64,000 nucleotides of DNA from Adineta vaga (taxonomy: Eukaryota > Animalia > Rotifera), in contig CP075494.1 in NCBI GenBank assembly GCA_021613535.1, positions 3,224,001 to 3,288,000 on the forward strand. Direction: 5' to 3'. Made by a program: the position numbers and the translations under genes. The notes beneath the pieces were generated by a model. That model did no database searches. It was not told the origin of the DNA and was given only the letters and a program-made list of their open reading frames with translations. Numbering within the stretch: the first letter of the stretch is position 1; the number at the start of each line of letters is the position of its first letter. Below are positions 1 to 11,698 of the stretch, piece by piece.

Positions 1-144
1 TTGTTCATTAGCACGCAGCAATATTGAAGAATAAAATCTATGCATAGATAGATATTAACACAGATAAAAGTCTTCAAAATACTCATTAGGTTTCTATCAC
101 ATTGCATTATGAATGTTTCGCTTAGTACAATATTATGAGAAGAG

Positions 145-713
145 TTAACAAGCATCTCTAGGTCCTAAATGTATATCATTACCTATAGATTGTACCGTCT
201 TAGTTTGATCAAAGCATGCAGCTGCACATCGTTCCAATTTATTCAATGCTAATTTTTCTGAAAAGCCATCAATTTTAACTTGAAATACACCAGAACCAGC
301 AGAACTATCCCAAAATTCACATAATCTGAATTGAATTTTATAATCGAACAAATGGAAGTGTTTAGCATAGAGTTTGCTCTCAGCATAGGCTGAATAAGTA
401 CCGGATCCACCACATGAAATGTTTGTTTTAAGTTCACTATGACCTAGTTTTGGACAGCTTATTGAGCAATCGCTGTTCTGTTGTCGACTTTGATCCATAA
501 GACCACTTCGTGAACATCGACATATGGAAGCTTGTATATATATATTATCGGTGTTTCACATAGAAGAAAACATAGTTTTGGTTCCATAAATGAACTTTCA
601 AAATAATCATTATAAGATACACGCATATAACATCCAACATAATTATATGAACCATGAGCAGCTACTGCTAAGATAATGATCAACAAAGTTGATAATATTC
701 TTGAATAAACCAT
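145..713 (-). pseudogene. Secreted WSC-domain protein, frameshifted; probably continues past the window start through further exons
   Basis: Signal peptide, then YVGCY...CFLLC. Removing 2 nt from the (TA)n run at about 536-545 joins it to IQASICRCS...CSISCP...CGG..YSAY, the WSC Cys pattern. A PAN-like 'CAAACF' motif follows, with a GT donor near 182. Confidence 0.7.
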
Positions 714-1178
714 ATATTTTACACAGAATATATATGTTTTTTTTCTAAACCAAAAATAAAAATAGTAAGAGAAGACATACTCTTAAGAACAAAAACGAAG
801 TGCTTATATACTCCTAATCACATATACATGGAACAAGAAGTATGTTTGTGCGAGTAGTACTTAGTAATTTCCTGACCTATTGAGATATCAAGGCACGAGT
901 CCATGATCACGAATGATGAAAAAATCAATGATAAAGGACAATATGAGAAATATGAGATATTTATAAATTATTTTCAATCAAATAATTGATAATAGAAAGA
1001 AATAGGAGATAGAAAACCTTTTCTTTTTTTTCTTATGAATATTTGATACATGAATGATAAGTGTTGTTTCTCTATGATATGATACTTGTAATTTCAAGGT
1101 TATTTTTCCCTCTTAGTTTGACATAAGTAAAGTTGGCAGCAGATTCGAGTTCTTTTTGCCGATAATCGTTTGAGTACC

Positions 1179-1230
1179 ATCTTGAGGGTGTGGGTGTGTG
1201 TCTGAATATAAGACTGACATCCATGCCCTA
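1179..1230. repeat. Telomere-like mini-hairpin (TGAGGG/TGTGGG family), copy 1
   Basis: ATCTTGAGGGTGTGGGTGTGTGTCT ... AGACTGACATCCATGCCCT, an imperfect inverted repeat. Confidence 0.65.
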
Positions 1231-1285
1231 TTTCAGTACAATTCTTTAATCTAAATTATATAATTTAATCATCTATTTATTTTAG

Positions 1286-1806
1286 AAATGATTCCAATTA
1301 ATAGCAGTGTCGATGAAGCATGGTCAGAGTTCGAACGATATTCTACGAATGATTATGTTCGACGATTTCTCGACGCACAAATAGTTGCTGCTTCGAATAT
1401 AATCACCACAGATACTTCGTAAGTAGTACAATGAAAGAAAAATATTGTAATCATTGGTGTTCATAGATCCGAGGCTAGCTCGACAAGTAATGATGAAGCA
1501 AAGCATCTGAAACCTGATATAGATCAATTAAATAATGGTCTGATACGAATTCAAACTGAAACTAAGGATAAATTTGCATCGATGGAGATAAATATTACTA
1601 ATCTTCATACTCGAGTAAATCATCTCGATAATCGTCTTGACAAAGTATGTAGCTTTAATAAACGCAATATTACAATCTACACTTATACTTAGGTAATTGA
1701 TTCACTCGATTGGATCATGGGTGCAATGGTACGAGTTAAAATGGGTCGAACAGATCCTCCATCGATTAAAGAAGAACAAGAATCCAAAGATGAACAGAGC
1801 GTTTAA
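1286..1806 (+). pseudogene. Orphan 3'-terminal exons, probably the coiled-coil tail of a TRPM-like channel
   Basis: Three exons joined by GT-AG introns read ...EAWSEFERYSTNDYVRRF...|...|VIDSLDWIMGAMVRVKMG...EQSV*. No upstream exons are visible before the opposite-strand WSC gene. The TRPM call is from recalled similarity only. Confidence 0.45.
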
Positions 1807-2003
1807 ACTCGTTTTTTTTTACTTGAAATTTTTGTCAGTTTTAATATATCACTCGTAAAGATCTCCAAAGAACCACATTGTTTCTCATTGGATTAGGCTC
1901 TTAAAGGGTATCTTCGTACATGATCAAAATTCAAGTCTATAAATTAATATTTTGTTTATTATAAAAATAAAATAAAATGTTTAAATAATATTTCAAAAAA
2001 AAA

Positions 2004-3605
2004 TTATCCATGAAGTAATCGAAGATAAACACCATTTGTCCATCCAAAACCATCTTGTAAAGGATAATTTCCTCCTCCACCTTCACTTTGTTCAACAACA
2101 TTATATTTTTCTGTCATTTTTCCTGTTTCTTTAAAAATTTCATCATTAAGATTTAACCATCTTGTACGTATTTCATTTGCTAATTGATCAAAATGATAAT
2201 TTTTCATAGCTTGATATGAAATCCATTGTAAAGGAGCCCATCCTATCGGTGAATCCCATTGTTGTCCGGTTTGTTGAAGTGTTGTACTAAGACCACCTAT
2301 TTGAAGAAAATCTTTTTTGACACGTTGTTGAACAAATTCAGCTTGTTCTTTTGTTGCAATATTAAAAAATAATGGATAAAGACCAGCTAATGATAAAACT
2401 TTCTTTTGACGTTTATTAATTGGATCATAATCCATAAAAAATTTTTCTTCATTTGACCAAAATAAATTTTGAATAATTTCTTTTCTTTTCTTCGATAAAT
2501 TTTTAAATTGTTGACTTAATTCCATATTATTTAGTTCATCATAAATCAATGAAAGATAATCTTCAAGAAAATAAATTAAACAATTTAAATCAATTGGAAT
2601 AATAAAAGCACATTTATTTAGTTCTTTCGAATTTTCATCATCAAACCAACGAGAACTAAAATCCCAACCAGATTCACATGCAGCACGATTATGTAAATAA
2701 AATTCATCCGATTTTATACCATATAATTTCTCAGCTTTTTTACGTTCTTCTTCTTCTTTTGGAAATGATTCTGGTCTTGGACATGTTAATGGATCAAAAT
2801 ATCGATTTAATATCACATCATCTGATATCCAAACAACATGCTAGAAACAAAAATCAGTATTTTTTAGGAACTCGTCTATAAATAATAACTAAAAAAGACG
2901 CACTTGATTAAAAATATGATTTTCATTTAATTGATCTTTTCCATTCATCCAAAAAAGATATTCTTTATATAAATAAGGTAAATATTTTTGTCGAATTGCC
3001 GATGGATTTGAATTCATTTGAGATAATAATTGAATCATACAAGCAAAAAAAGGTGGTTGAGATCGTGTTAAATAATATGTTCGATTTCCATTTGGTATAA
3101 AATTATATTGATCAATTAAATAAGTAAAATTATCAATAATATTTTCAATTAAATGTGAATGATTCGGTGATACAGATAAACCTAATATTGTAAAATATGA
3201 ATCCCAATAAAAGATTTCACGAAATCTTCCACCAGGTACAACATAAGGAAAAGGAAGTGCAATACGTGAACTTCCTGGTGTTGGTTCATCAGCTGGACGA
3301 GATAAAATATCCCATAAACGATTGATATGATCAACTGTTGAAATATTTCTATCACTTGAAAAATTCTTTCCAGGTGAAGATGGAAGATTAAAATATTCAT
3401 TAATAAATTTTGATAAATCAAAATTAGATAAATTCTTTTTTTCATAATAAATTTTCAAAATATCTTCTGCTGAAATTTTCGGTACACAATCAACAAATGT
3501 TTTTGTATCGGAAAATATATGATTTAATTGAACTTCACGAAAAAGTTCACCATATATTTCATCCGGAGAATATTTCGAATTTTCAATTACTCTGTTTAAA
3601 GACAT
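2004..3605 (-). CDS. treF: Bacterial-type GH37 alpha,alpha-trehalase (TreF/TreA-like, no signal peptide) with one coding intron at 2841-2903
   Basis: Motifs PGGRFREIFYWDSYF, NGNRTYYLTRSQPP, ESGWDFSSRW, QQWDSPIGWAPLQW and PLQDGFGWTNGV. The GTGCGT...TTTCTAG intron joins NQ|HVVW in frame. A 5'UTR intron is probable at about 3615-3683. Confidence 0.92.
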
Positions 3606-4029
3606 TTTTCTTATCTGAAACAATTTTTTTAAAATAAAATTCATTTCTAATTAATTCTAAAACAAATAAAAACATTGAACTACTTGTTCTACTTTAAAGA
3701 ATACTTTGTCAGTTTCCAATACATACCATCAAAGGAAAAATAATAATAAAAATGAATTATATAAAATGATCGACAAGTACAAATAAGTGCATAGGCACAT
3801 CTATAACAAGTACAAGATATTAACCTTGTCCTTTCCTTCTCTTTTACTTATTGTTTCATTTTTTACGAATGTATATAAATACCAATGATGGTTTAATATT
3901 GATTAGTGACATCTTTTATTTTATTACTTAATGAATAGTTCGATAGATTTCATAAAGAATTAAACAATAGTGGCATAATAATAAAAAATCAAAACTTTTT
4001 CAACAGTTTAATAGATGACAGAATCAAAT

Positions 4030-4322
4030 TATAGATCAATTAAATAATGATCTGACACATATTCAAACTGAAGCTAATGACAAATTTGCATAGATGAAGA
4101 TGGATATTTCTAATCTTCACAATTGAGAACTTGATAACATATGTAGCTTTAATAAACGCAATATTATACAATCTACATTTATGCTTAGGTAATTGATTCA
4201 CTCGATTGGATCATGGGTGCAATGGTACGAGTTAAAATGGGTCGAACAGATCCTCTATCGATTATAGAAGAACAAGAATCCAAAGATGAACAGAATATCT
4301 GAACTTCTTCTTTTTTTACTTG
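4030..4322 (+). repeat. Decayed direct-repeat copy of 1518-1825
   Basis: Shares long identical blocks with copy 1 (for example GTAATTGATTCACTCGATTGGATCATGGGTGCAATGGTACGAG) but has stops, a deletion and a lost splice donor. Confidence 0.9.
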
Positions 4323-4478
4323 TCATCCAGCATTATTATATATCTACACCGACACCATCGAGATAGTACGACATCTATACGTTTTGTTGCTGTTTCGTTG
4401 AGCTTTTAATCATTCGTCTCTTACTATATTATATAATAAGAAAAAAATATATCATTTTTCGAATAACTTAAACTTAAT

Positions 4479-5606
4479 ATGTCTATATATCGTAGTTTAA
4501 CATTTGGTCTTACAGGTATTGTTAAATACACTCGATCAGGGTTTGAATCTGCTGCAAAACAGTTCAATCCGAAGGACACAGATGTTGATTTATCCAGTAA
4601 ACATATCATGATTACTGGTGCTAATTCAGTAAACGTTAAATTATTTTTTCAACAGGAATATAAAGTTGGAATTTTAGGGTATTGGAAAAATAACTGCATT
4701 GGAATGTGCAAAACGCAGTGCTCATGTTTACATGGTATGTCGGGATAAAAATCGTGGTGAAGAAGCTCAAAAAGAAATCGTAGACCAAACGAATAATCAT
4801 AATGTTGAATTACATATTTGTGATTTATCTAAACCACAAGATATTTATGCTTTTGCTCAAGAATTTGTTCGATCAAAAAAACCACTTGATGTAAAATATT
4901 GTTCGAACAATAATAAGATATTTTTCTAATTCATTTCTTTCTTTAGATTCTATGTAACAATGCAGGTTGTATGATCAACGAACGACAAATGATTAATAAT
5001 GACTTAGAAGCTAATTTTGCGACAAATACATTAGGAACTTATATTTTAACAACAAATTTAGTTCCTGTACTCAAAGAAAATCCACATGCTTGTGTATTTA
5101 CAACAAGTTCGGGAGGTATGTATACGGTTCGATTGGATCCTGATGATTTCAATTCAACACAAATGAACACATTTAATGGTGATCTTGTCTATGCTCAGAA
5201 TAAACGTCAACAGGTTGTTATGTCTGAACGATTAGCTCGACGACATCCATCAATATTTTTTGCATCATGGCATCCTGGTAATTGTTCTCATATGTTTTGA
5301 GTTGATTGATAGAGAAAAAGGCGTTATTTTGTAGGTTGGGTTGATACACCAGCTGTTCGTTCAGCAATGCCATCATTTTATGCCAAAATGCAAGATCGTC
5401 TTCGTACACCTGAACAAGGTGCAGATACATTAGTTTGGCTTTGTTGTTTGAAAGATTTATCTAGTCGATTTACTAGTGGTGACTTCTTTTTTGATCGAGC
5501 TGTTGCATCAAAACATTTGCCATTAGCATGGACAAAATCAAGCAACGATGATGAGGAACGTTTTATGCGAAATTTAGATCAATTAAGCGAAAAGTATTCG
5601 AAATGA
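4479..5606 (+). CDS. DHRS12: Short-chain dehydrogenase/reductase, DHRS12-like (4 exons; introns 4629-4677, 4891-4946, 5278-5334)
   Basis: TGANS|GIGK, LD|ILCNNAG, SSGGM, YAQNKRQQ (YxxxK), HPG|WVDTPAV and HLPLAWT. All three GT-AG introns restore the frame. Confidence 0.88.
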
Positions 5607-5806
5607 TTTTGATGTTTTTTTTAAAACTATAGGATCGAACAAACAGACATCTGATTTATATTTCAAAAATAAAAATACTTCGAAGAATATGTTTGATTCA
5701 AGTGATGATTAAAGAAAAATCGAGATTAAAATAGTACAATAAAATAAGGGATACAATATCGGGGAAAAGCATCTTTTGTGTCTTTGGTAGTTGTTGTTCT
5801 CAAACT

Positions 5807-6823
5807 TTATTTTGTTACACATTGTTGGTAGAGTGACCAAATCGATGAGTCAAAATAGGGTCCATTCATATAGTTAGAAATACTGTTAATTGTAAAACTA
5901 TTCAGTGATGTGATATAACCAACACCAGTTGACGTGACAAAATTCTGAAACCAAGGACCGCCAGAACAACCACCAGTCATGTCACATGGAATTGTTTGAC
6001 CATTATATCCATTACCATATTTTGAAGCTGCCGTCGTACCTGAACAGTATTGCATGACTTCTCCTTTTGCCAGATTGTATGGATAACCGAATGAATACGT
6101 GAGTTGATTTCGTGGATAATTAGAACCGACACCTTCAGAACCTTGTAAATCTTGAATATGTTGACCTTTTGAATTTGTATAAAGATTTACAAAGCAAACA
6201 TCGTAATTGTAATTTTGATTAACTGTCCATGAATTGTATGCTGTCATCGTTCGAGCTGCCCATTTTCCATATGGTTGTGCTCCATTTTTGTAGCCAGGAA
6301 TAAATATAAAATTTTGATTGATACGAAATTTCTTTGTATCATAATCATAGCAACAATGGCCAGCTGTTATAATGGTATCTTTATTACTGGCGGTAACAAT
6401 TGCACCTGAACACATTCCATAGCTGTAGCCGGTATTGTTCCAAAAAATTTTCCCCGTTGTATACGTTTGACGTCCAGTGCCGCCGAATACTTGTTTGCTC
6501 GAAACTTTACCAGTATCTTCTGCTATGACGGCTTTTTGTAATGATCCGATTGTTCCATCAGCAAAGCTGGGTGGATCATTATTTATTATCTGCGTTTTTG
6601 TCGCTCCTTGAGAACTAATCTTTCGATTTGGCATCACTGGTTTTGCTGCTTTTAGTTTATCATCAGTCCAAAATGAAAGAACTTGATCGAGATGTTTGCC
6701 GACCGAGATCGATCGTGATGAAGAATAAGCATTAGCACTGACAATTTTAAATGGATCATCTGCAGTTGGTGCAGCTACAACATAATAAATGGTTCCAAGC
6801 AGTATGAATACTGAGACAGACAT
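5807..6823 (-). CDS. Secreted trypsin-like (S1, V8-like) serine peptidase of actinobacterial type, intronless
   Basis: Signal peptide, propeptide 'FWTDDKLKAAKP', and an intact triad TAGHCC / NYDVCF / MTGGCSGGPW. A TATA-like CTATATAAAC sits about 65 bp upstream. Confidence 0.85.
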   Translation of the reverse strand: MSVSVFILLGTIYYVVAAPTADDPFKIVSANAYSSSRSISVGKHLDQVLSFWTDDKLKAAKPVMPNRKISSQGATKTQIINNDPPSFADGTIGSLQKAVIAEDTGKVSSKQVFGGTGRQTYTTGKIFWNNTGYSYGMCSGAIVTASNKDTIITAGHCCYDYDTKKFRINQNFIFIPGYKNGAQPYGKWAARTMTAYNSWTVNQNYNYDVCFVNLYTNSKGQHIQDLQGSEGVGSNYPRNQLTYSFGYPYNLAKGEVMQYCSGTTAASKYGNGYNGQTIPCDMTGGCSGGPWFQNFVTSTGVGYITSLNSFTINSISNYMNGPYFDSSIWSLYQQCVTK

Positions 6824-8214
6824 ATCGTCGTTTTTCTATACCAATTGCTGAAACGAAAAGTGAGAAAGAGAGGACATTGCTTACTGTTTATATAGTGTTT
6901 CTTCTCTGTGACGTTACTATAGTATTTTTTATGCGTATGAAAAAAGTCCCATATCGAAAATGTCATCTTTGTTTGTGTCGAACAAATTGAAACAATTTAC
7001 TAGACAAATAGTTACTAAAAAGCATTCGTCACTCTCTCTCTCTTCCTGTGTTTTTAAAAACAATAATCTTCAAAATGGAATTGATTGTTTGCATGAAACA
7101 AAAAGCAAAAAGGTGAGGAAGAAAACTGAAAAACATCGGAGTGAAGAGCATTGTTGGTGAGTTTGGCATCTCATTCGCACTTCATCCCTCCATGACTTGA
7201 GGTATGTATGAGGAAAGTTTCATTTAGAGGATTCTTGTGGATGAGGGTGTGGGATAAAAGAAGTTATTGTTTCGATTGGATTTACAGCATTTTGGTGGCA
7301 TAATGAAGAGCATTCTACATTTAACTAAAATAAAAGATACATAAATAAACAAATGAATTTTGTTCATTCACTAGAGATTTTGATAAACTATGAAACTCTA
7401 ATGTCCATTTAAAGAAGTTCTTACAAATAATTGTACATTTTTACGTCTAACATCAATTTTCGATTGAAAATAAGGAACAATAATCTTTGCGAGAATCCAT
7501 ATCTAAATAAAATAATTAATTCATGGAAATATCATTGTAGAATAGAAAGAGATATTCTTGAAAGCTTTATCAGAAAAATTTGTTTCTAAACAAAAATAAA
7601 GAATATATTTAATTCTTACATCTCATGCCACAATTTGATATTGGATTTGAATGTTTATTTAGAACATAGGAAATATTCTCATTCATGAATATCTTAATTA
7701 TGTCAATATAAATCAACAAAAATTACGCAAATATGTTTTACTAGCAGAGGTATCCGATGATAGTTCAGAACCTTCTAGACTAACAATTTCATATGTCAGA
7801 AAACGACAGAGAACGCACAGAGGCTTGTTCTTGAAAATTCTCATCTATATCACAACATATCCCGTCACACATATCTAAGATCGATCAAATGAGCTGCTCG
7901 AAAATTGATTATATTTCAACTACCCTCCGTTTTCGATCCCTCTTAACTTTTCCCTGTACATACGAAAGTGTCATGAACAGTTTAATGACCTTAGCTATCA
8001 CAGAACCACCTGGATGAAATTTCACCCAAGCCCGCACCTCACCCTCAAAATGCATCGGTATTATAGATTAAAAAGAACGATACACCTTTACCACTAATAT
8101 TTGTTACGATTATGTCAATAAAGAAAATCATTTTTATTAATCACACATACTCTTCTATTTATTATATAACAAAGAAAAAATAAATATTTTATTAATTTCA
8201 CAAACATTAGGCAT

Positions 8215-9782
8215 CTATTCAATTTCAAACAATAGTAAAAAATATTCTAATGCTTCGGTGAGTTTAGGTGGTGCTTCAGCTGACATATCATAATCTTCGT
8301 TGTTCTCTGTAGTTGTATTATCGCCACAATCTTCGTTAACGACGACGATCAAATCGTCATTCATATTGGTCCATTCGTTGAAAACTGGAGTATCTGAATC
8401 TATTTCAACAAATTCATCGACAGTAAGAAGTTTCTCTAAATCTTCAAAAGCAGCTGCAATATCGTTATCACTATTATTAATTGTTGTAGTAGTACTTGCA
8501 CTTTGAATGATCGAATTAATAAAACCTGCCATACGAAATGTATTACAAATTGTGGATTGAGTAACAGCTTGCCAAGAGTTTTTCGTTTAATATACAGCAT
8601 CGAGAGCTGTAATAATAGTATCATCCGATGAGTTATGGGGAGAGCGCATTGTGATATTACATGTTTGACAAGTTGTTGTTCTAAACAGAAAGATTATGTT
8701 TATTAGGAAATTACAAGGCTTATTACTTACGATAGTAACACTTGAAATTTCTAATGATTCCTTGATCCAATGGTTGTAGTTTTGAAGTTGTATTAGAAGG
8801 AAAAAATTTAAGAGTAATGTTGGAATATTGAGCATCAGAATTATGACTAGGATCATAATTGATGAATAATAAGATCTTACGCTTTTGTTTGATCATGCTC
8901 TTGTTGATACCGGTAAGCCATTCATCGAATAGACTAGCAATCATCCAACTTGTACGATTACATCGCCATATGAAGGGTAATTTTTTGGTATTCAGATTTT
9001 TAAAACAACGTGGTTTTGCGGCTTTGCCTGAGACAAATATACAAACAGAGATAATTGGTTTCAATCGAATTTACAATTAAAAATTTCTTAATTAAAAATG
9101 CTTGTAACTTGCCTGTTCCAGTCATGTTTGTACAAAGAAGAACGGTAAAGCGTTCTTTGGCTCGTTTCCCTTCCTTAAAAGTCTCTTTGGCCATAACAAG
9201 TGAACGATTAGATAAAGCTTTGAAAAACAAACCAGTTTCATCAGCATTATAAACATCACTGGGATCGTATCCATCGGTAGTCGAAGAAAGCCGATTTCGC
9301 TAGTCATCGACGGCTGCATTGTTGACTGATGCAGATTCACCATAAATAGTTCAATAATGGATGTTATGACGTTCTCTAAATTTTTCGAGTCAACCGTTAC
9401 TAGCTTTGAAATCATAAGGATCAGTGCCACTTAATTGTTCACAAATTTTTCAAGCTTGTTCTTGTATGAGTGGACTAGAGATAGGTATGTTCTTACTACG
9501 TTGAATAACGAATCATTCGTAAACTTTTTCATCCAGTTGTTGGTTAAATTCATCTCGAAAGTTCCGTTTTTTTGTTGAATTTTCATTTCGTTCCTAACAT
9601 TCGATGTATTCTGCCTTGCGTTTGATAATATTTGATACACTACCGATCGAGATCTTATAATTTTCAGCAAGCGTACGATAAGAAACGCTATTTTCATTTT
9701 CACGAATCAATTCTATTTTTTTAGATAAGGTTGGTGTATGTTTTGTCACCATTTTACAAGTGAAAGTAAAAATGTGTGTCAT
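8215..9782 (-). mobile_element. pogo/Tigger (Tc1-mariner superfamily) transposase relic
   Basis: Fragments in several frames: HTH_psq (KKIELI...YRTLAENYKISIGSVSNIIK), KERFTVLLCTN, DDE_1 (RKILLF..PSH, TTSKLQPLDQGII..FKCYYR). Multiple frameshifts. TIRs not found. Confidence 0.85.
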
Positions 9783-10532
9783 TGTTTCACATAGAATCGG
9801 TTAACTCATTGCAGACTATTCATTTTCATTTTCTTTTTTGTTGCGTGCATACGACAAAGCTCTTTACGAGAAGTTAACCGTCCAAATTTGATTTATCAAT
9901 GCTCTATTATGTAGTTCACTTTTGTTAAGATGAAAATCATCACTTTCAAAAGATTGCTTTAGTAAACTTGTTTGGTTCGATAAGAAAACATTTATCATTC
10001 GTCCTTTTTTTCGGCTCTTTATAAACTGTCAACAGTTGATTATAGTAATATAGTTCATAATTACAATAGCTGTTATACTTATGACTCAAATCACAAATAT
10101 TATAAAGTACGTTTCAAAAAGTCGGTAGATCTACTTCTACAATAGAACATTAATGTGCGTATCACGTCATTCATATTCGTGATACTCCGATGGACTTCAT
10201 TCTAGTCTGTCTAGTGACGCAACTATTAAGCTTCGAAGAGCACTATTTTACTAAGACACGAAGTTCATCCAAATAATATTGCCTATACATTTCGATATAA
10301 TTATAGTTTCATTATTTAAATTTGACAGTACAGCTTAAACTGTTTTCGTCTTCATATAACTGTCTAAAATTATCAGTATCTCTTCAATACTCTTTACATG
10401 TATACGTCGTGTCGAAGTTACACTGTTTGTCGAAGTTATTGTAAATGATTTGCAAACATTAAGAATAAAAAAAAGCAATGTTCTTTCGAGACTAATATTA
10501 ATAACTAGTTTTAATTTAATAGAGATAGATAT

Positions 10533-11698
10533 CCCAGGGCGAGTAATCCGAGATCCGGATCCCGTCGGATCCTGTCGGAAACCCTACTAAATCCGATGAA
10601 TTCCGCCAGGAATCCGACAACTTCCGACAGGATCCGTGTCGGAAATCGCCGGAATCTTTGGTACAGGAATCCGACCGGAAATGGTCGGATGTCGGATCCG
10701 CCGATTTCCGACACCCGGATCCGATAGTCGGAAAATCTCGGAACCGACAGGATCCAGCAGGTTTTTTACAGGTTTTCATGCCCAGGATTTCCATTACTTT
10801 TTTTCAAATTTTATATTTACATATATTCATTTATTGAAATTATTTATATAAAACAACGAAAAGACTATTTTATAAAAAAAAGACAAATAGATAGTTGAAA
10901 AACAATTTTTGCCTATGGAATCTTTTCATAGAAAAGATTTTTTTTAAACTGTTAGTATACAAAAAAAAAATTTCAAATAAAATATTCGATTCCAAAATGA
11001 AAAAAATAAGATAAAATTATTAATATATAAAAAAAAGAAGTTTAAATGAACTATTTTGTTCTAAAATGGAAAAAAATTGTTCATCTATAAAAAAAAAAAT
11101 TTTATATTAAATATTCGATTCTAAAATGAAAATAAAATACAATTGTTAATAAAAAATTTTTACAAATCTAATTCGAGTAGAACGGAAGTACAAATGACTG
11201 TATCATGTCGAAGAAATGAACGAATGAAATGAACATTTTTTCAATCAGATCGTCACATGACTTGCTGACCATCTAGAAAAACTGTTAATAGATGTCGCTT
11301 AAGCGTACAGTTAATCTTTCTAAATAATAAACATCTACTTCTTGCAAACATACTGATAAATATCAGTTATAATGAGTCAAATATTGTCTAAAGACCATTG
11401 AAAAACCTATCACGAGTAAGAATTGACTGGAGTAGATTACATAGTATTTGAAAGTATAAAGCCTTGACGGTTCCGACACTTTCCGACAGTCGGATTATGT
11501 GAGATCCGACAGGTTCCGTATGTCGGAACTCTCTGGATCCTGCTGTCGAATCCTGGATGTGCCGACCATCGGAATGTAACGGAAACTAAAGGATCTTATA
11601 CGAAATCCGATCATCGGAATCCCATCAGATCCGACCGTCGGATGTTGCCGGATTATATAGGGATCCGACAGGATCCGATGGGATGGTTTCGACCTGGG
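10533..11698. mobile_element. Non-autonomous element with CCCAGG...CCTGGG ends and dense GGATCC/TCCGAC subterminal repeats (CACTA/EnSpm-like), inserted in the Ginger TIR
   Basis: GC-rich repeat-laden ends (10533-10790 and 11465-11698) around an AT-rich core. It splits the left Ginger TIR at a GATA repeat. The TSD is ambiguous (TA or TAGATAT). Confidence 0.7.

Noticed and set aside
2004-6823. Bacterial contamination
   Set aside because: The trehalase has GT-AG intron(s) and both bacterial-like genes are interleaved with intron-containing animal genes of the same composition.
7900-10400. TIRs and TSD for the pogo element
   Set aside because: No convincing TA-CAG...CTG-TA pair was found by eye.
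10511-10851. Three overlapping ORFs as genes
   Set aside because: They are by-products of the GC-rich subterminal repeats of a non-autonomous element.
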